Source of the DNA: an uncultured bacterium | GTDB taxonomy: Bacteria > CAIJMQ01 | Length of the DNA stretch: 10,970 nucleotides | Direction: 5' to 3' | NCBI GenBank assembly: GCA_964573245.1 | Contig: CAZNJA010000046.1 | Coordinates: 1-10,970 of the forward strand | Shown here: positions 6,809 to 10,970 of the stretch, piece by piece | How the letters are laid out: the number at the start of each line of letters is the position of its first letter | Position numbering within the stretch: position 1 is the stretch's first letter | Notes under the pieces: generated by a model | What the model was told of the DNA's origin: nothing | The model's database searches: none | The model's input: only the letters and a program-made list of their open reading frames with translations | Made by a program: the position numbers and the translations under genes

Positions 6809-7408
6809 ATGTTGAAAAGATTTTTATTTTTTTTATTGGTAATTTGCTTATTTGCGGGTTGTTTTGCAGATACTTCGTCAAATGCAACAAACGAAGAGCA
6901 AGATAATATCCCCATACTTTTAAAAAAACCCGAAAAGTGGGGAGATGCTCCAAATTTTACAGCAGTTAGAGTAGGGGGTGGAGATTTTATGCTTTCTGCG
7001 TTAAAAGGAAAAGTTGTTTTGCTTAGTTTTTGGTCTGTTGATTGTCCTGCTTGTAAAATGCAGATACCTGTTTTAGGGCAACTTTATAAAAAATATAATA
7101 GGGAAAAATTAGAGATTGTAGGCGTTTGCTTGAGCCCCGAGACAGCAGTTCAACGTTTTACAAAATCAGTGGAAATGAATTATATTTTGGCATTACTCAA
7201 TCAGGATATGGCGAATAAATACGGAAGAGATCTGCGATTTATTCCCTTTACTTTGGTGATTGATCAACAAGGTAATATTTACCAAAAACATGTCGGTTTA
7301 GCAGATGCTGACGTATTAGAGAAAGAAATTAAAGAACTCTTGGAAAAAACAGATAAAAGTGTTAAATTACCAAACACCAAGAAGCAAGATACAAACAATA
7401 ATCAATGA
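6809..7408 (+). CDS. TlpA/ResA-family thiol-disulfide oxidoreductase, probable lipoprotein
   Basis: Lipobox LFAGC; APNF and LKGKVVLLSFWSVDCPAC; cis-Pro IPFTLVID; ccdA adjacent. Confidence 0.9.
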   Translation: MLKRFLFFLLVICLFAGCFADTSSNATNEEQDNIPILLKKPEKWGDAPNFTAVRVGGGDFMLSALKGKVVLLSFWSVDCPACKMQIPVLGQLYKKYNREKLEIVGVCLSPETAVQRFTKSVEMNYILALLNQDMANKYGRDLRFIPFTLVIDQQGNIYQKHVGLADADVLEKEIKELLEKTDKSVKLPNTKKQDTNNNQ

Positions 7409-7494
7409 CCAATAACCAATCGCCAAACAGAATCAAGTATTCAAAAGAACAATTGGAGTTTGTTTGGTTATCGTATCTTGTATCTTGGTTATTG
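7368..7494. repeat. 7-nt-periodic inverted arm pair with no ORF between the arms
   Basis: CAA at 7371/7378/7385/7392 then 7396/7403/7410/7417/7424; TTG at 7453/7460 then 7464/(TCG 7471)/7478/7485/7492. CAATAACCAA (7410-7419) complements TTGGTTATTG (7485-7494); CAAGATACA (7385-7393) complements TGTATCTTG (7479-7487). Confidence 0.8.
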
Positions 7495-7512
7495 CTAACT
7501 AGCTGATTCATT

Positions 7513-8211
7513 ATGGAAAATATCTCTTTATTCGTAGCTTTTGGCGCCGGAATTCTAACATTTTTCACACCCTGTATTTTGCCTTTAATTCCCGGTTATA
7601 TTTGTTTTATTACAGGTCTTTCGTTAGACGACCTGCGGGAAAATCAAAAACAAGACGGAAAAACCCACAATATAAAAAGAATACTTCTTCAGACAATTTT
7701 GTTTGTCTTGGGATTTTCTTTCGTTTTTATTTCTTTCGGCGCAACGGCCTCTTTTCTCGGCGGTTTTATTTATACATATGAAAAAATAATCAAAATAATA
7801 GGCGGCTCTATAATTATTCTCTTGGGTCTGCACGTTGCGGGTGTTTTTAATATTAAAAAACTTGGATATGAAAAGAAGCTGCATCTTAAAAATAAACCTG
7901 CCAATATGTTTGGCTCTTTTGTTATAGGAGTTGTTTTTGCGCTTGGCTGGACTCCGTGTGTGGGACCTGCGTTGGCGGCAATGTTGGGTTTGGCAGGAAC
8001 GCAGAAGACATTAACCCAAGGCATAGTGCTTCTCAGCATCTATTCTCTTGGTTTAGGTATTCCGTTTATTTTGACAGGTTTGGCTATAAATACATTTTTC
8101 AATATATTTGATAAAATAAAGAGATATTTCAAAATAATTTCTATATCAAGCGGGGTATTACTTGTAATAATAGGGATTATTATCATTACGGGTTGGCCGA
8201 GAAACTTTTAA
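7513..8211 (+). CDS. ccdA: CcdA (DsbD-beta family) membrane electron transporter
   Basis: About six hydrophobic segments; catalytic TPCILP and WTPCVGP motifs; YSLGLGIPF. Confidence 0.93.
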   Translation: MENISLFVAFGAGILTFFTPCILPLIPGYICFITGLSLDDLRENQKQDGKTHNIKRILLQTILFVLGFSFVFISFGATASFLGGFIYTYEKIIKIIGGSIIILLGLHVAGVFNIKKLGYEKKLHLKNKPANMFGSFVIGVVFALGWTPCVGPALAAMLGLAGTQKTLTQGIVLLSIYSLGLGIPFILTGLAINTFFNIFDKIKRYFKIISISSGVLLVIIGIIIITGWPRNF

Positions 8212-8231
8212 TCGAAATGTAGTTTCGATTA
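8209..8231. repeat. Perfect 9-bp inverted repeat with 5-nt spacer
   Basis: TAATCGAAA-TGTAG-TTTCGATTA, starting at the ccdA stop codon. Confidence 0.6.
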
Positions 8232-8242
8232 CCTCGTATAGT

Positions 8243-8348
8243 GTCCCGAAAATTTTGGAGAAATTTCCCCCGAGGAATTCGGAGAATTCCCGGGACTTTG
8301 GTCCTCGGAATTTTTGTAAAATTCCAGAGGGTGAAAAATTTTCGGGAC
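8243..8348. repeat. Nested palindromic element (MITE/REP-like)
   Basis: Perfect 14-bp terminal inverted repeat GTCCCGAAAATTTT (8243-8256)/AAAATTTTCGGGAC (8335-8348) encloses two related GGAATT..AATTCC hairpins (8269-8294, 8303-8330). Confidence 0.75.
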
Positions 8349-8423
8349 GTCTTACATTGCGGGGTTAGTTGATGAGAAAACACTGTGCTTTAGCGCGGGG
8401 AAATTCAAAAAAGGAGGTATAAA

Positions 8424-8768
8424 ATGGCAGGGGGTAAGACAGTTCAAGTCAATGATGTAAATTTTGAGGAAGAAGTAATTAAGTCAGGTATTCTTGTGTT
8501 AGTGGATTTTTGGGCTATATGGTGTGGGCCTTGTCAGACTGCTGGTCCCATTATAGAAAAAATAGCAGGCGAATATGAAGGGACAGCAAAAGTTTGTAAA
8601 TTGAATGTTGATGAGGGGCGTGAAACTGCTGCGAAATATTCTGTTATGAGCATTCCTACGCTCAATTTTTTCAAGGATGGTAAGGTTGTAGACCAAATTG
8701 TTGGTGTTACCCCGAATTTCGAGGAAGATCTTAAGGTAAAAATAGAATCTTTTCTTAAACAGAAATGA
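8424..8768 (+). CDS. trxA: Thioredoxin
   Basis: VDFWAIWCGPC and SIPT motifs; AAGGAGGT SD. Confidence 0.96.
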   Translation: MAGGKTVQVNDVNFEEEVIKSGILVLVDFWAIWCGPCQTAGPIIEKIAGEYEGTAKVCKLNVDEGRETAAKYSVMSIPTLNFFKDGKVVDQIVGVTPNFEEDLKVKIESFLKQK

Positions 8769-9712
8769 AGGATAATTTTCAAATGGGAAATAATGTATAT
8801 GATGTTGTCATTATGGGCGGCGGACCTGCGGGCTTGACTGCAGGAATATATACCTCAAGAGATAGGCTCAAGACACTTGTTTTGGAAAAATCAATATGCG
8901 GAGGCCTTGTGTCTACCGCAGATTTTATTGAGAACTATCCCGGTTTTCCGGATGGTATTAAAGGCGCCGATTTAATGGTTAAGTTCAAAAAACAAGCCGA
9001 AACGTTTGAGACAGAGATTATAGAACTGAAAGAAATTACAAGTATAAAGCAGGAAAACGGAAAAATAACGGTTCAAACAGAAAAAGAAGAATATATTTCC
9101 CGTTCATTGATAATTGCTTTGGGCAGTGTTCCAAAGATGTTGGGAATTCCCGGAGAGAAAGAATTTCGCGGAAAGGGTGTTTCATACTGCGCGACCTGTG
9201 ACGGCCCCTTCTTTAAAGATAAAGACATTGCTATTGTCGGCTGTGGAAATTCCGGATTGCAGGAAGGAGAAGCATTGCTGAAATTTGTCAAAAGCGTAAC
9301 TTTTGTGGAATATCTACCATATATGACAGCGGCTAAAATATTACAGGAGCGGCTCCAGAAAAGTCAAAAAGCGAAGTTTTTACTGAATCATGAGATTACC
9401 GCTATAAACGGCACAAATATGGTAAATTCTGTTACGGTAAAAGACCGCCAGACCAATGAGGAAAAAAAGTTTCCGGTTTCGGGCGTATTCATGTATGTTG
9501 GGTTTCTGCCTAATTCCGCATTCCTCAAGGGAATTGTCGAATTGGATAAAGACGGTTATATAAAAACAAACGAAAAAATGCAGACGTCAGTTGCCGGAAT
9601 ATATGCAGTGGGAGATATCCGCTCAAAAGATGTCCGCCAGATAGATGTAGCCTGCGGAGAAGCCACCGTTGCAGCTGTATCGATTAGAGATTATTTAATA
9701 GAAGAAAAGTAA
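8765..9712 (+). CDS. trxB: Thioredoxin-disulfide reductase (TrxB/AhpF-C family)
   Basis: GGGPAGL FAD motif, IENYPGF, GVSYCATCDG and GIYAVGD. ATGA overlap with trxA; alternative start ATG 8783. Confidence 0.9.
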   Translation: MKDNFQMGNNVYDVVIMGGGPAGLTAGIYTSRDRLKTLVLEKSICGGLVSTADFIENYPGFPDGIKGADLMVKFKKQAETFETEIIELKEITSIKQENGKITVQTEKEEYISRSLIIALGSVPKMLGIPGEKEFRGKGVSYCATCDGPFFKDKDIAIVGCGNSGLQEGEALLKFVKSVTFVEYLPYMTAAKILQERLQKSQKAKFLLNHEITAINGTNMVNSVTVKDRQTNEEKKFPVSGVFMYVGFLPNSAFLKGIVELDKDGYIKTNEKMQTSVAGIYAVGDIRSKDVRQIDVACGEATVAAVSIRDYLIEEK

Positions 9713-9735
9713 AATTATATATTTTGAGTAGTCAA

Positions 9736-10674
9736 ATGGGCAAAACAATAATCAGGACGGATAAGCTACGCAAAGAGTTTTATGAAGTTGTAGCGGTAAA
9801 AGATATCTTCCTTGAAATTAGCGAAGGGGAAATTTTCGGGTTGATTGGACCAAACGGAGCCGGTAAAACCACTACCATAAGAATGTTAGCTACTTCATTG
9901 AAACCTACCAGCGGAACAGCATATATAGAAGATCTTAATATATTAAAAGATGAAATTAAGGTTCGCAAGATTATAGGTTTTATGCCGGATTTCTTTTCTC
10001 TCTACAGTGACCTCAAAGTTTGGGAATTGCTTGATTATTTTGGACGCGCTCACAGCATAGATAAAAGAGAAAGAGCAAAACGAATTGATGAAGTTATCCA
10101 AGTAGCCAATCTGGAAAACAAACGAAATAGTCTGGTTGCAGGGCTTTCCCGTGGCATGATGCAGAGGCTGGGTTTGGCAAGGGCTTTGATACATAAACCC
10201 AGGGTTCTCTTTCTTGATGAACCTGCTTCTGGTCTTGACCCGAAAGCTAGATTTGCTTTGCGAGACCATTTAAAGAAACTTAACCGAGAAGGTGTGACCG
10301 TCTTTATTTCATCTCATATTCTTACAGAGCTGTCCGATTTATGTACATCTATCGGCATTATGGAAAAAGGGATAATCGTTGATTATGGACCGATAAGCGA
10401 AATTATAAAAAAAATATCTCTTCCCAGACGGTTTTTATTGGAAGTTATCTCTGATGCTGATACGGCGGTAAGCATTTTAAAATCTGACGATAAGGTAAGT
10501 GATTTAGAAGTAAAAGCAATGTTTCTCAGTTTTGTATATAAAGGTGAAAAAGAAGATATAGCCCATTTAAATGAAAAATTAATAAACAAAAAAGTCGGCC
10601 TTGTTAGTATACGTGAAGAAACCAGAACCCTTGAAGATATCTTCTTGAAAATTTCAAAAGGAGAAACAGCATAA
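9736..10674 (+). CDS. ABC-2 type exporter ATP-binding protein
   Basis: Walker A GPNGAGKTT, signature LSRGM, Walker B LFLDEP and ISSH. Start is either ATG 9736 or TTG 9724. Confidence 0.93.
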   Translation: MGKTIIRTDKLRKEFYEVVAVKDIFLEISEGEIFGLIGPNGAGKTTTIRMLATSLKPTSGTAYIEDLNILKDEIKVRKIIGFMPDFFSLYSDLKVWELLDYFGRAHSIDKRERAKRIDEVIQVANLENKRNSLVAGLSRGMMQRLGLARALIHKPRVLFLDEPASGLDPKARFALRDHLKKLNREGVTVFISSHILTELSDLCTSIGIMEKGIIVDYGPISEIIKKISLPRRFLLEVISDADTAVSILKSDDKVSDLEVKAMFLSFVYKGEKEDIAHLNEKLINKKVGLVSIREETRTLEDIFLKISKGETA

Positions 10675-10678
10675 AACC

Positions 10679-10970
10679 ATGAATATTTTTTCCAATCCTA
10701 TTATTCATAAGAACATAATGTCTCAGATGAGACGAGAAAGAATAATAGGCATATCAATTGGTTATATCAGTTTCATAGTATTGATCTTCTTACTTAACTT
10801 TCTATTCTACTATGGCGAACACAGGTTTTCATTGGATTTATCTGCTATATATAAACAGATATATATCTGTTTGCTAATCCTTCAGTTTTGTCTTTATTTT
10901 GTATTTGGATTTAATACTTCCGGGTTAGCAATTGTGAAGGAAAAAGAGCAGAGAACCTATGAATTTTTTA
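10679..10970 (+). CDS. ABC-2 type permease, N-terminal part (runs off the right edge; absent from the ORF track)
   Basis: My translation: MNIFSNPIIHKNIMSQMRRERIIGISIGYISFIVLIFLLNFLFY...SGLAIVKEKEQRTYEFL. Two hydrophobic segments and the permease I..EKE.RT.E.L motif; starts 4 nt after the ATPase stop. Confidence 0.85.
   Translation, partial: MNIFSNPIIHKNIMSQMRRERIIGISIGYISFIVLIFLLNFLFYYGEHRFSLDLSAIYKQIYICLLILQFCLYFVFGFNTSGLAIVKEKEQRTYEFF

Noticed and set aside
7362-7568. 68-aa - strand ORF across the tlpA-ccdA gap
   Set aside because: Largely a translation of the heptamer repeat arms and overlaps both neighbouring genes.
8186-8383. 65-aa - strand ORF
   Set aside because: Runs through the palindrome stack; the peptide has no recognisable features.

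Overview
AT-rich bacterial window, almost entirely + strand. It holds a fragmented [NiFe]-hydrogenase maturation cluster (hypF 3' end, hypC, hypD, hypA, hypE) interrupted by an antisense exported-protein gene, a four-helix-bundle (23S rRNA IVP-like) gene and an FkpA/Mip-type PPIase. These are followed by lipA, an inositol monophosphatase, a TlpA-CcdA-TrxA-TrxB thiol relay and the start of an ABC-2 exporter. The most unusual signal is non-coding. The four-helix-bundle gene is bracketed by two complementary 7-nt-periodic arms. A second, ORF-less copy of the same arm pair sits just upstream of hypC, shows a compensatory base change, and appears to have received two short palindromic insertions (one with a TAAA duplication). 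A third, related heptamer arm pair lies between tlpA and ccdA, and REP-like hairpins recur in other intergenic gaps. Family calls come from motif recognition by eye; no database search was run.
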